This document shows positions 29,266-43,499 of a DNA stretch of 64,000 nucleotides, piece by piece (the first letter of the stretch is position 1; each line of letters begins with the position of its first letter). Origin of the DNA: the human T2T-CHM13v2.0 reference genome, Homo sapiens; the NCBI RefSeq assembly GCF_009914755.1, contig NC_060941.1. One strand, 5' to 3'. The position numbers and the translations under genes were made by a program. Under the pieces are notes generated by a model, which worked only from the letters and a program-made list of their open reading frames with translations, was not told the origin of the DNA and made no database searches.

Positions 29266-29961
29266 TCTACTTAAAAAGAAAAGGACTCGTAGCATTCCTC
29301 TTTTCGCTGTTGCTCAGCGGTGTTTGCCTGAGGTACAGATGTTTCGTGGATCTCCCCTGGTACATTTTTCTGTGAAATCTCAGGCTCCTGCCTCATGTCT
29401 CTGTAGCTTAGTAATAACTGAACGTGGTTAATTTGTTCTGGTTTATTGTTGATTGGGTGATTTATGTCACGTGGTATATGGGTTTTTTTTGTTTGTTTGT
29501 TTAATTTTCATTCAGCAACCAGTGGTCTTGGTCAAGGTGGGCCATGGCCACTCTGCGACTCCAGGTCGATTCGTCTGCCTGTTGGCTTTTTTGATTTTTG
29601 CTTTGAAGTTTCCTTTTGCCTCAGTCAGCTGCCTTGAATGAAATTATCTGCTGCTGCTCTGGGCTTGTGATTTCCTTTGCTTTCATGTTTGCTCCCTTTC
29701 TGAAAGATGGGGGTTGTAATTTGTTTGCTGTTTAGGAGCCAGCCCTTCAGCTTCCTTTCAGTGATAGCATCCTGCCTGCCACACTGGGCTTTTCTCCTTT
29801 TCCAGTCCGGTTGTTCCCAAAATCACTAGTTTAATTCTCTGTATTTGAAGAATGCCAATGCAATATCTCCCTTTCCTGAATCACAACTGCAGTTGGTAAT
29901 TGTGGAATGCATTTCCTACAAATATTAATTTTACTTTCAATATGTGACAGGATGCAGCGCC

Positions 29962-30285
<324 letters not shown>

Positions 30286-30989
30286 TAAATATTCAAAACA
30301 TTTTAAAAGTTAATAGAGATACCTCTAATCTGGTCCTAGAGAGCTTGTAAATTGTCTGACCTGGTCATTCTCCTATCTGCCCTTGGGTACTGTCTCCATG
30401 CTCAGGCACTTTCCTATTTAATATACTACCTGCCAATAACTAGCTAAAAGATATCTTTAACCTTGAATCATTAGAAAGATATCAAGGTTCTTTTCATGAT
30501 GTATGCTTTTTAAAAATTTAAAACTAGCAATTAGGATACATTTGAAAGGAAGACTGTCTTGATTTCTTGGATATTGTATAGAACAACTTGTATTTGCACC
30601 TCTGAGGGCCTTTGATGAGGTGGCCATTTAATGAAACACTCAGCTCAAGTGTTTTCAAAACAGCTGATTTACTACACTTGGATACCCTGTGGTGTGTAGA
30701 GTTGTGCCTGAAGTTGTCAACCAAGCAGCAGAGCTGGAACCCAGTTGTAGTGATCATGTCTGAAGGATGTCTGCTAAATATCATGTGCTCGCTTTTGGAT
30801 AGAAGGAGGTGGGTCAGAGTGAAGTTGTTAATCTTCAATTTTTTTCAACCACCTCTAATTGAGAGTAGAAAAGCATTTGCTTTCTATCAATTTGATAGTC
30901 CCATCTTTTCTCCTATATTTGATTATAGAAAGCAGTTTTTATTTTTATGCTTTATCTTTATTATTTTCCCATTGATTTATAAGAGAAAT

Positions 30990-31350
30990 CTTTAAGCATC
31001 TATCATGTGCATCTCTGTACCATGGATGATGGGAAGATATACAAAGTAAAGTTCTTGTTAGCAGGAAGATGGACTGAGTATATGTATGACTATAAAGTGA
31101 TATCAAAAGTACAGGTGAAGTTGTGGCAACATTCAAAGGAAAGGGAAATCAGTTTCCTCTTGAAGTTCAGGAGAGATTTCATGGAAGAGGTATCATTCAA
31201 GCTGAGTTTTGTTATATGGAAATAAGAAAGGAAAGTCATCCCAGGCAGGGAGAACAGTGCTCGGAAAACAGGGTGTACATATGGGGACGAGCAGGTGGTT
31301 TGGTTTGCCCATCAGACAGTGTGGCAAGGACAGCAAAAGGAGATCCAGTC
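30990..31350 (-). mobile_element. L2 fragment
   Basis: ttaagcatctatcatgtgc..gttcaggagagatttcatggaagaggtatcattcaagctgag..ccaggcagggagaacag. Confidence 0.65.
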
Positions 31351-31404
31351 TGAGAAATAAGACTATACAGTGTAGTCCTTTGAATACTTTGCAGTGTTTC
31401 ATAT

Positions 31405-31530
31405 ACATCTGGAGTCAACTGGTTTGTTGGGATTTGCATCTTGCATCCACCACTTCTTACTTCTGCAACCTCGGGCACATTCCTCATCATCTCTCTACTT
31501 CAGTTTCTTGGTCCGTGAAAACTAACAGGT
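31405..31530 (+). mobile_element. MIR fragment
   Basis: ctggagtca..ccaccacttc..cctcgggca..cttcagtttctt. Confidence 0.6.
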
Positions 31531-31544
31531 GAAATGAATTCTAA

Positions 31545-31715
31545 GTATATGTTTCATTTAATGCAGTAAATCTAAGATATCATTATTTCAAGATTTAATC
31601 AATATAAAAATAGACTGAAGTACTTTTAGCACATTTGGCTTCAGCCTAGCCATATTTCAAGTGCTCAGTAGCCACATGTTGCTAGTGGCTACCATATTGA
31701 ACTGCACAGATCTAG
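31545..31715. mobile_element. MER3/MER33-like hAT MITE
   Basis: ctagccatatttcaagtgctcagtagccacatgttgctagtggctaccatattgaactgcacag. Confidence 0.75.
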
Positions 31716-32879
31716 AACATTTGGAACCCATTCTTCTGTTCTCCTGTCTTTGGTTTTATGCACACAAAGAGAGAAACATTAGGATTGAATGCAAGCCATT
31801 TCATGTTGATAGGCATAGCTACCACTTACAGATGTTGCTGAGATGCCAGAAGTTAATCCAAATACATTTTGGTCTCAGTTGGCCACAGGAGACTTGTCAG
31901 CAGTTACATAGAATGAAAGCAATCACTGCTAGCAAGTCCATCCTTTTGGACATACAAGTATCGCTCTGCCTTTTTTTTTTTTTTTTTAAAGAAATAAGAC
32001 TCATCTCTCCTTTATTCTTTCCTGACCATGCCTGCCTTTGTATTCCTGACAGCCTTGAAAGGACACAGATTATGTGGTAAATATAATAATCACCCCTTTT
32101 CACATTAGACGCAGCCCTTTGAATTCCCAGCACTGATCTAATTCCAATTGCTTCTGAAGTTTACCTTTCACACTTGTGTTGGTTTTAGCCGGTGGATACT
32201 ATGTCAAAGGTCATGAACTTGTACACTTCCCCTCCAAAGATTCACAGTATCAGTGCCCAGTTTGTCAAGATCTCTCTAGATTAGTTTATTTAATTTTGCT
32301 GCGGTTGGTTAATTCACAAAATCATAAGGCCTTTTTCTTCTTTCAAATGCATAGCAAGTGAGGGACAAAGAAGAAGGAAAAGGAATGGAATTCAGTTTCC
32401 TCAACATCTTAATTATCTCAGTTTTAAGTTCTTCTATAAGTGTGTCTCTGTGGATGTTGCTTTACTGCTTAAAGCGTCTAATTGAAACCAGATCCTTAAA
32501 TCTCTTGGAATCAAGAAGCAGTAGTAAGCCCAGGGCATATTATCCCTACAATCCAGAAATACTTAGGTGTCTTGTATTTGATGCACGTGTAATCAGTTTA
32601 CTCTCCCAGCTCCTTTTTCTACCTAAAATCTTAGTGATGTAGTACAGTGGTAAAGGGGATATTTATTCCTGTTTTAAAAGGATACAACCAAGGTAGGGAA
32701 GGCTTCGTTATTGGTGATTATTCAGAAGACCTATTTTCTTTACATATGCTATGGAAACAATACTGTTTTCCGCTACAGAATACAGTTTATGATTATACTT
32801 TTGTAAATTGCCTGCTTTTCCCCTGTCATCTGCTAATTCCAATTTGATACTGTTCTGTGTTCAAAAATACAGCATGAGC

Positions 32880-33006
32880 AAGCTGTAATGGTGCCTGTCG
32901 AGAGTCCCAGCTGCTTGGGGGGCTAAGGTGGGAGGATCATTTGAGCCCAGGAGTTTGAGTCCAGCCTGGGCAATATAGCAAGACCCTAGCTCTAAAAATT
33001 AAAAAA
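32880..33006 (+). mobile_element. FLAM_A-like Alu monomer
   Basis: gtcccagctgcttggggggctaaggtgggaggatcatttgagcccaggagtttgagtccagcctgggcaatatagcaagaccc. Confidence 0.8.
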
Positions 33007-33529
33007 TTCCTAAAATATCCACTGACCATAATAGTGTCTATCAAATGCATTTTCACATTCTTGTTATGTCCAAAATTCTCTATAAAAAATTCAGGAAATA
33101 ATTGTTTTGTGATACCTAATTTTCAGGTAAGCCCAGCTGGTCTAAAAAGATTGGCAATATTTGAAACATTTAAATTATATTAACAGTTTTTCTTTTTTGT
33201 ATAGTTGAAGAAAGAATTAAGACATTTCAAACTTTTGTATGGAGATCTTTGTTAAGTGGATTTTATGCTTGCTTCTTAAAATATATTGAATACACTTTGC
33301 TGTAGGACAGGGCCTAGCCCATAATAGGCATGCAGTTCTTATTGGAATTGTGTTGAACGACTCACTGCTATGAGCACCCAGTATTTACTAGATCTTAGAT
33401 TTTAAGGGTTAGAATTTTTTCAGGGTGATCTTTTTTGTTCAGATGCAAAATAGCTCCAGTACTCATGTGTATTTTCTGTATTTTTTCCTTTTTTGCCATC
33501 AAAGCTGAGAACCTTATCTCTTAGAAACC

Positions 33530-33680
33530 TTTAATTGACTACCTAATATGTGCCAGATACCCATAGCTTTACATGGGATATCTCATTTAATCCTCACAGC
33601 AGCCATATGAGATTGCTGTTACTGTATCACATTTACGTATTAGGGAACTGAGCTTCAGAGAGAACCACATTTGTTCTGAC
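33530..33680 (-). mobile_element. MIR
   Basis: atatgtgccaga..tctcatttaatcctcacagcagccatatga..ggaactgag. Confidence 0.75.
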
Positions 33681-34014
33681 TGCTGTCAGTTTGCCTGCCT
33701 ATATCCTATAATATCCCTTTCCTTTTTAATTTGTTGCTTCTAGTCCTGAGGACCAGAAATCCAGATAAATAAAATATGCTCTGGTGGGCCTTCCTGATGG
33801 GACCCTCGAGGGAGGAGAGGATGGAGACTGGGAGAGGAGTTCCAGGTTGGGGTGTATGAGGTGGTTAACTGTGTGCAACGCCCCTTTCCCATAGGTTATG
33901 GTTACTCCATAGTTAAGCTGATGTTACGCGGTTAGCCAGAATGAACTGATTTTGGCTAGAGCCTTTTCTTGTCTAGGAATGGAGGAATTACCTGAATGAG
34001 TTCCCACAGACTGT

Positions 34015-34170
34015 CCTAGAGGGGCCACAGACTGCTCTGAGAAGCTAGTGCAATTTATGAGTTCTCTTCTGAAAAAAATGCAGATACTCATACATATACA
34101 ATGTCGCATGTGCTTTCAGGGGTTTCAGGACCCCTCTGAAATCCATCCCTGGATCCCAGATTAAGGTAAT
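34015..34170. mobile_element. hAT-Charlie MITE (Charlie4z-like)
   Basis: aaaaatgcagatac..tttcaggggtttcaggacccctctgaaatccatccctggatcccagattaag; subfamily name uncertain. Confidence 0.5.
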
Positions 34171-35222
34171 TCATTTGGCCTCTGTGGGTGGATGTTAATC
34201 ACTAATGCTGTTATAACCTAAACATGTCCCTAAGACCAGAAATTATAATTAAGAACAGAGGAACTCTAGGGACTGTAAGAAGTTTGAAACAGAAAAGGGC
34301 TTTCTTTAGCTTTTGGGAGGAATTTGTGTTTGCCCATGAATGAAGTGAAATGACCAGGTAGACAGTAGAACCAGGCCTGTGTGCTGGGGAGACCTTCTGT
34401 GCCCTAAGGCCACATGGCCGAGAGACAGGTGGGAAGCCAAGGAAGAATAAATTGGGCATAGGTCCTGTTAATTTACACCAGCCCATCAGGTTGGAGCACA
34501 CTCGGGAAAGTTCTTGCTACTCCGAAGGTGATTTTTAGAATCAGAAACCTGTACTTGAGAAACATAACTTTTTGTGTTATTTATATTTTCTGTAATGATT
34601 TTCTGTTGCTCTCTGCTTGATTTTATGTAAAATTTGTACTAAGGTTAAACATTGAAAGAGAATTTTGCAAATATCTGAGCCTCTCTAAAGGGAAGAATAG
34701 GTGATGCAGTGGGGTTGGCAGCACTTTTCCTATTACTTGGGAGTGAACCCTCAGGGAAATAAAGTGCAAAGGCTTAGCCACAGGTGTAGCCATAGAATCC
34801 CTTTCCACCTGGAGACTGTCCTTTCCAATTTCCAGCACAGGTTTTGCATCTGGTTTTCCTAAGAAGGCCCCTTCCTTTACACACATTCCTGCATACTCCT
34901 GCTTCACCCTCAAGGCCCAGTAGAAACCAGCAGTAGGACCTTCCTCAATTTTCAGCAAGTAGGACTCCTTATTTGAAGGACAAGTACCTGGCTCTTAATT
35001 GAAGTCTTGAACAGTTTCAAAGATGGGAAAATTCTTTATTATTTTGCTTTGAGATTCTCCTAAGCCCCAGCTGAGAAATTATGAAGGCGACTATAGACAC
35101 ATCAAAATCTATTACCAGAAAAGTTGCCTTACCAGGAAACCGTAATTTATAGTGTATTTTTTTAAGGTGGGAAGGACACATGGGTATGGTGTATTTTAAA
35201 AGGATTTAAAAGCACTAAAGTA

Positions 35223-36365
35223 TAGGCACACCTCATTTTACTGCATTTTGCTTGATTGTGCTTCACAGATGATATTGCATTTTTTACAAATTGAAGATTT
35301 GTGGCAACTGTGTTAAGTGTGTAGACATCATTTTTCTAACAGCATGTGCTCACTTCGTGTCTCTGTGTCATACTATGGTAATTGTCACCAGCTTTCAAAC
35401 TTTTGCATTATTATTTTATCTGTGGTCAGTGATCTTTGACGTTACTATTGTAATCGTTTGGGGGCACCCTCAAGCTATGCCCATGTAAAACAGCAAACTT
35501 AATAAATGTTTTGCGTTCTGACTGCTCCACTGACCAGTTGTTCCTCCATCTCTCTGCCTTTCCGCAGGTCTCCTGATTCCATGAGCCACAATAATATTGA
35601 AATTGGGCCAATTAATACCCCTACAATGGCCTCTAAGTGTTCAAGTGTAAAAAAGAGGTTCGCCTCTCACTTTAAATCAAAAGCTAGAAATGATTAAGCT
35701 TAGTGAGAAAAGCATGTCAAAAGCCACGACAGGCTGAAAGCTAGTCCTCTTGCAGCAGTTAGCCGAGTTGTTAATGTAAAGGAAAAGTTCTTGAAGGGAA
35801 TTAAAAGTGCCACTCCAGTGAGCACAGAAGAAAGTAAAACAGCCTTGCTTCTGAGATGGAGAAAGTTTTAGTTGTCTGGATGGCAGATAAAACCAACCAC
35901 AACATTTCTCAAACTGTTGGCCTCAAGCAATCCTCTTGCCTCGGCCTCCCAAAGTGCTGGGATTACTGATGTGAGCCACCGCACCTGGCCACCACCACAT
36001 TCCTTTAAGCCAAAGCCTAATCCAGAGCAAGGCCCTACCTCTTTCAATTCTATGAAGCTGAGAGAGGTGAGGAAGCTACAGAAGAAAAGTTTGAAGCTAA
36101 CAGAGGTTGGTTCGTGAGGTTAAGGAAAGAAGCTATTTGCATAATATAAAAGGGCAAGATGAAGCAGCAAGTGCTGATGGAGAAGCTCCAGCCAGTTATC
36201 TAGAAGATCTAGCCAAGATCATTGATGAAGGTGGCTATGCTAAACAACAGATATCGATGTAGACAGAACAGCCTTCTATTGGAAGAAGATGCCATCTAGG
36301 ACTTTCATAGCTAGAGAGGAGGAGTCAGTGCCTGGCTTCAAAGCTTCAATTGAAGGACAGGCTGA
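35223..36365 (+). mobile_element. Tigger1 (TcMar/pogo) DNA transposon, 5' ~1 kb with decayed transposase N-terminus
   Basis: TA then 5' terminal repeat (t)aggcacacctcatttt; atggcctctaagtgttcaagtg (MASKCSS) at 35627; ttctattggaagaagatgccatctaggactttcatagctagagag (FYWKKMPSRTFIARE); frameshifts and stops. Confidence 0.95.
35907..35990 (-). mobile_element. Alu 5' remnant inside Tigger1
   Basis: ctcaagcaatcctcttgcctcggcctcccaaagtgctgggattac..gagccaccgcacctggcc. Confidence 0.88.
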
Positions 36366-36367
36366 TA

Positions 36368-36423
36368 CACAATGGCAATTAAATGTCAACATTCATTTTG
36401 AAGGGGATGCTCAAACTATAGCA
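36368..36423. mobile_element. MST/MLT (ERVL-MaLR) LTR terminal fragment
   Basis: cacaatggcaattaaatgtcaacattcattttgaaggggatgctcaaactatagca resembles an MST LTR end. Confidence 0.6.
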
Positions 36424-36654
36424 CAGACCAATTTTCTTTGTCTAAATACAATAGTTTTCCTTCCAGGCAGCCTCAGTCCACGTTCATGAGCCACATTCTT
36501 GTGCTTCTCCATTTACATAGCTCTAATAGTAGAGGAGAGATGCTTTATGCATCCCTCTTACCCCGTCTCTAGATATGGAGCCACAACCTTGCCTGCTACC
36601 AGCTGAAAATTCTCCTGAAGCTAGGCTTTTATCTTCGAATTATAAGATAGTGTT

Positions 36655-37041
<387 letters not shown>

Positions 37042-37143
37042 TTACTTTTTTCATAAAATTTTAAGCAAAACAGCTCTCCGTGGTCCACCATTACGTACCC
37101 CCCAGAAACACTACAATAACATAACATTGATGGAGGTTATAAA

Positions 37144-38205
37144 TTTTTTTCTCAATTTTTAGATACGGGGGCACATGTGCAGGTTTATTACATGGGCATC
37201 TTGCACTCAGGTAGTGAGCATAGCGCCCAATAGGTAGTTTTTCAACCCGTGCCCTGTCTCTCCCTCCCCCTCTAGTAGTTCAGAGTATCTATTGTTCCCA
37301 TGTTTATGCCCATGGGTGCTCAATGTTTCACTCCCACTTAAAAGTGAGAACATGTGGTATTTGGTTTTCTGTCCCTGCACTAATTTGCTTAAGATAATGG
37401 CCTCCAGTTCCATCCACGTTACTACAAAGGACATGACTTCATTCTTTTATTCCATGGTGTATATCTAGCACATTTGCTCTATCCAATCTGCTCGTAGATG
37501 GGCACCAAGGTTGATTCCATGTCTTTACTATTGTGAATAGTGTGGCAGTGAACATAGGAGTGCAGGTATCTTTTTGGTATAATGATCTATTTTCCTTTGG
37601 ATATATATATACCCATAATGGGATTGCTGGGTCAAATGGTAGCTCTGTTTTAAGTTCTTTGAGAACTCTCCGAACTGCTTTCCACAACGGCTGAACTAGT
37701 TTATAACAACAGTGTATAAGCATTCCCTTTTCTCTGCAGCCTCGCCAGCAGCTAGTTTTTGCCTTTTTTTTTTTTTTTTTTTTTCTAAGAGATAAGGTCT
37801 CACTATGTTCCCCAGGCTAGTCTCAAACTCCTGGACTCAAGCAATCCTCCTCCCACCTTGGCCTCCCAAAGTGCTGGGATTATAGGTGTGAGCTGCTGTA
37901 CCTGACCTGACTTTTTAATAATAGCCGTTCTGACTGGTGTGAGATTATATCTGATTGTGGTTTTTGATTTGCATTTCTCAGATGAGAGTGATGATGAGCA
38001 TTTTTTCATGTGTTTGTTGGTTGCTTGTAGGTCTTGTTTTGAGAAGTGTCTATTCATGTCCTTTGCCCATTTTTTAGTGTTTTTAATTTTTTGCTTGTTG
38101 ATTTAAGTTTCTGAAAATAGATTCTGGATATTAGATTTTTGTCAGATGCATAGTTTGAGAATATTTTCTCTCATTCTTTAGGTTGCCTGTTTACTCTCTT
38201 GATAG
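37144..38205 (-). mobile_element. L1 3' end (old primate L1PA16/L1PB-like), 5'-truncated
   Basis: ORF2 C-terminal translations in track (LKTELPFDPAIPL, WNQPWCP, MNRHFSK, WMELEAIILS) plus 3' UTR. Confidence 0.9.
37764..37907 (-). mobile_element. FLAM_C / Alu left monomer inserted in the L1
   Basis: Poly-T, gagataaggtctcactatgtt..ctcaagcaatcc..cccaaagtgctggg; short TSD tg(c/a)cttttt. Confidence 0.85.
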
Positions 38206-38391
38206 TGTCTTTTTATTGCTTTATCTCCATTTTACAGATAAGAAACCGGTTTTAGAAGTTTCAGATATTTGTTCAAAGTCATACCATGAAGTACAAAGCT
38301 GTTTTTAACCCATACCTTTCTTAAGTTCCAAATCCATAATGCAGAAACCATGCTGGGCATTAAGGAATCCTACCTTCAAAGGAAATGACAA

Positions 38392-38728
38392 GGCTGGAGA
38401 CAGTGGCTCATACCTGTAATCACATCTGTAAGCACTTTAGGAGGATGAGGCAGGAAGACAGCTTGAGCCCAGGAATTTGAGATCAGCCTGGGCAACATAG
38501 CAAGACACCGTCTCTACAAAATAATTTTACCATTAGCCAGGTGTGGTGACACACACCTGTAGTCCCAGCTACTCAGGGGGCTGAAGTGGGAGGATCATTT
38601 GAGCCTGAGAGATCGAAGCTACAGTGAGCCATGATTGCACCACTGCACTCAAGCCTGGAAGAGACCCTGTCTCAAAAAAAAAAAAAAAAAAAGAAAGAGA
38701 AAGAAGGAAACAAAGAAAGAAGGAAAAG
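38392..38728 (+). mobile_element. AluJ with purine-rich tail
   Basis: gcttgagcccaggaatttga, ggcaacatagcaagac, gatcgaagctacagtgagccatgatt. Confidence 0.9.
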
Positions 38729-38729
38729 A

Positions 38730-39072
<343 letters not shown>

Positions 39073-41613
39073 TCAGTGGTTATATGTTAATCTGTGTAGT
39101 GTGCTTTGTTTCCCAGATAATTTAGAAGCAATTAATTCTGGATAGACGTGTGTTGCATGTAATGACAGATACTGATTGTAATGTTTTATTTTGGCCAAAA
39201 AAAAGGTGGGGGGTGGGGAGTAATTTTCCTCAAAATCATTATCTGGCAGGGTGGGAGGTTGTTTTTCTTTTGTATACAGAGAAACAGAGTCCCAGGTAGG
39301 AATATGTGTTGTATTCATGGCAGTTCGGCAGACCCTTGGAATATAACCTTCTTCATGGTCCATGTTCTAGTCCTGCCTTGAGAACCCTCTTTTGAGTAAA
39401 GAAAATCTTCAAAAACCCATCTCTGGGTTTCATCCTGAGGATCCAGGACCGGTGTTCTCTTTCTTAAGAGGAAAAAAAATCACAATGGTAGAAAATTCTT
39501 TGCAAATCCTATTGTAGTCTTGATTGATCTCTCTTCTCATTGCTCTTCGTCGGCCTCTTCAACCCTTCTGACTGTGTGTATTAGAAATAATTATTATCAC
39601 CATTAAAACAACTTTCTTTGTCTATTTCAATTATTTTCTTTATGTTAACTATTTTCTTTTTAGAGTTGCTTATCTATTTAGCAGGCTACTGCATTAGCCT
39701 TGAGCTAGTATTGTAAGATGCAAAATTATGTTGCCGGCATCAGTTGGGAATTTCATGGAATTTGCTTCTATTTGACTATATTTCCAGATGGAACCATGTG
39801 CCGAAGTGTTTGTTTTGGGCCTCCATGAAGTCATTCCTTTGCAGTGATCTGTAGCTAGACTGCGCTCTCTTGGGACTAACCTGTGTGACTAATTTGAGTA
39901 GGAGGGTGATAAACTTTGTTACCACTTAAAAAGGGGCTAAAAATACTTCTTTTTTAAAAAACTCCTCTCCATATTATCTAGCAACACTCTTTGAGGGATA
40001 ATGGAAAGGAGGTGATAAAGATTAGAGCTGATTGGGAAGGTTCTGAATGCCCAAGTTTCATTTAGGAAGCTTCACACCTTTGAGCCCCAGGGAAGAGTTT
40101 GGACCCCAGGCTTTTACAGGTTTGTAGTAAAATCTGAGCTGCCCAGAACACTCTGTGGCTAATGGCTTTTGCAGAAGTGATTCTACAACTAAAGATGCCA
40201 ATCAACTAAGCTTGTATTGGTTCATCGTCCAGATCTAAAAATGATTGTTAATTTGAGTTATTGTGCTAAATATTTCTAAGAAATGCTTCTTTTTAAGTTG
40301 CTGTCTTGTGATCAAAACACAGTAAATGAAGGGCTTCCCTGAAAGGTGGAGCCAGTAGACTTGATTTGGAGATGAAGCATATACCGAACTTGAAGACTGG
40401 AGAGGTATTTTTGCCTTAACCCTGTCTCTGATTCACTGAGGGACCTTGGATAAGTCACAATCTTCCTGTCTCATGTTTCTTTTACTTAAAAATGAAAGCA
40501 TGGATTAGGCTAGCTCTTCGTCAAACCTCCCTTCTCAATTCACCTTCCTAAGCACAGAACTCTTTTTCTAATAAAATTTTATGCAGGACCCCAATCTATA
40601 AAACAGATACAAGAGGAGATGCTTTGGTTAATGGAGGGCACAGGGAGAATCTCTCTCTGGCTTCAGTTCTGGCCCCTGAGGCTCTTTCCTGTCTAGTTGA
40701 GCTTTCTTTAAGAGGTCTTCCAGCTGTGGCATTCCATCCATTATTCTAATTAATGTGAATTGAGTATTACTAATATCAGGTTTGGTTTTTTTTTTTTTCA
40801 CTTAGTACCCACATCATGGAGCAAAAAAAGTGGTTCTAAATTGCAGAATGATTTAAGCTAGTAGAGGGTGCCATTCATTGATATTAAAGATTAGTACTGG
40901 TCTAAACATAGCACTATTAGAAGTTACAGAAATTCACAATAGAAACCCCCTTCCTCTGTCCCAGAATGCATGGAGCAAGAATGCAGAATGGGGAAGTAAA
41001 TGATAAATCTGCAACCATTAGTGCTCACTTTCTAAGCTTCCCACTGAGTACTAGGATACAGCTCTCTCTTCTTCCTTCCTCTCCTTCCTCAAATCCTACA
41101 TTCCTACACCATTGCTGAGCAGGTTGCAATTTTGGCCTAGAGTGATTACTCCTGATTACTCCTGTCCCTCTCTCTGACTGGAGCCAGGTCTGAAGTACTC
41201 TGTTTTCCACCTGTCATCTCAGCCAAGACCTTGCAGATTCAATACTAAACTGTTGTATAGGATTAAATTCTGAGCCTTCTAGGAAAAGTTTCAGAATGTG
41301 TTTCTTTGCTGTTGTTAATTGCAAAATCAATAGACCTCCCTCCCAGGGAGAGGAGTTTCCTTCTCCTTTGGTGGGCTTCCCTCTAGCAATTCAGGAGCTG
41401 CTAGAAGCAGATTAACACCTACAGTTCCAGACCAGCTTAGAGCTCACTTCATTTCCCACTGTGCAGCATTTCACCAACCCATGGACCTATAGGTAGTCAT
41501 TCCTGCCTGTCCTGCGCCAGGGCCTTTTCCAGCCAGCAGTCTTCCCACTGACTGTTAGAACTATACCCTCTGGCTCAGGCTTTTTCCAGGAAAAAAAAAA
41601 AAAAAAATCATAG

Positions 41614-41993
<380 letters not shown>

Positions 41994-43106
41994 GTCTGCC
42001 CCCCGCCTGTCCTAAGCACTTTAAATGTGTCAACTCATTTGGTCTCTTTGAAAAGAGTGGCCAGGTGAAGGCTGAAGGACCGGATAAGTGTAGTTTCCAG
42101 AATCCTTCTTGGCTAGTTATAGTCTAAGACTTGCAGACAGGCAGCCTGGGAAGATCTCAAACAAGTAACCTTCAATGAAAATGTACAGTTTTGAGAATTT
42201 CGATATTTGACAGATGATTGAGCCACTCGAGTTGCTTATGCATGAATGTGCTTGTTTAGCAGGTAGAGTTATTATTCTCTTATGTTCAAATTTATTAACA
42301 AGGGCTTAATTTCATTCCAAACAGATTGTGAGGTGACTACGTAGTACAGAAGTACAGTGAAATATGAGATTCCTGAGCCTTTAGTGGATGCTGAGCTGGA
42401 GACCCCCGTTAGTGCTACCTCTTTCTAAACAGCGCCAGCCATGAAGCTTTTGACCTTTTCACCTTTAAACTTTGTTTGAACTTGGAAAGAAGACTTTTGA
42501 ATTGTTTAAAAAAAAAAAAAAAGGAGAAGAAGGAGAAAGAAAGACAAGGGAAAAAAATGGTTAGGGAGGCTGCAAAAGAGATGTGGAGACTGGGGGAAAA
42601 GGACTGATTATATGTTAGCTTAACAGTAATACTAGGAAAATAATCCTCCTCTTGTCTAGGAGTTTCTGCTACTGGGAGCCACAGGGTAATCAGCTCACAT
42701 GACATACCCAGAGGCGAATGCTAGCCTGTGCTGTTTTTGAACATACTCAAACAAAGGCTGATTATCCAAACAAGAATTTGGACTGCAGCAGTCGGACCAG
42801 TTAAATTATAGTTAGTAAAACTTGGTGCCTTGTGAGCTTGGAATGTTACAATTGCAGCTGGATCTTCGTTTGTCAGGCAGCCTTACTGCACAATAAAACC
42901 AGAGATTTTTATCTCCGCAGGACTCAGTTTAACTCCTTGGGTGCAAACAGAAAAGTGCCAGCTATCATACGTCAGAATCCTGGCAACATCTGTCCCCACT
43001 CCTGTCAGAGTTCATGAGGCAGTGGCATTTTCGTGGTGTTCTGTAGGAAAGTGGGAGGACAGGGGCAAGTTGCTCTTCTTCTTAGATCTTATGTTGGAGA
43101 TAATAA

Positions 43107-43427
<321 letters not shown>

Positions 43428-43499
43428 ACTGTAACCTTTATTAAGTGTTACTATGGACAAAGCCCTGTGTTACTACTCTACTTATATACAAATGGCTAT

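Noticed and set aside
37207-38057. ORFs resembling a reverse-transcriptase protein C-terminus
   Set aside because: Fragmented ORF2 of a dead, 5'-truncated L1
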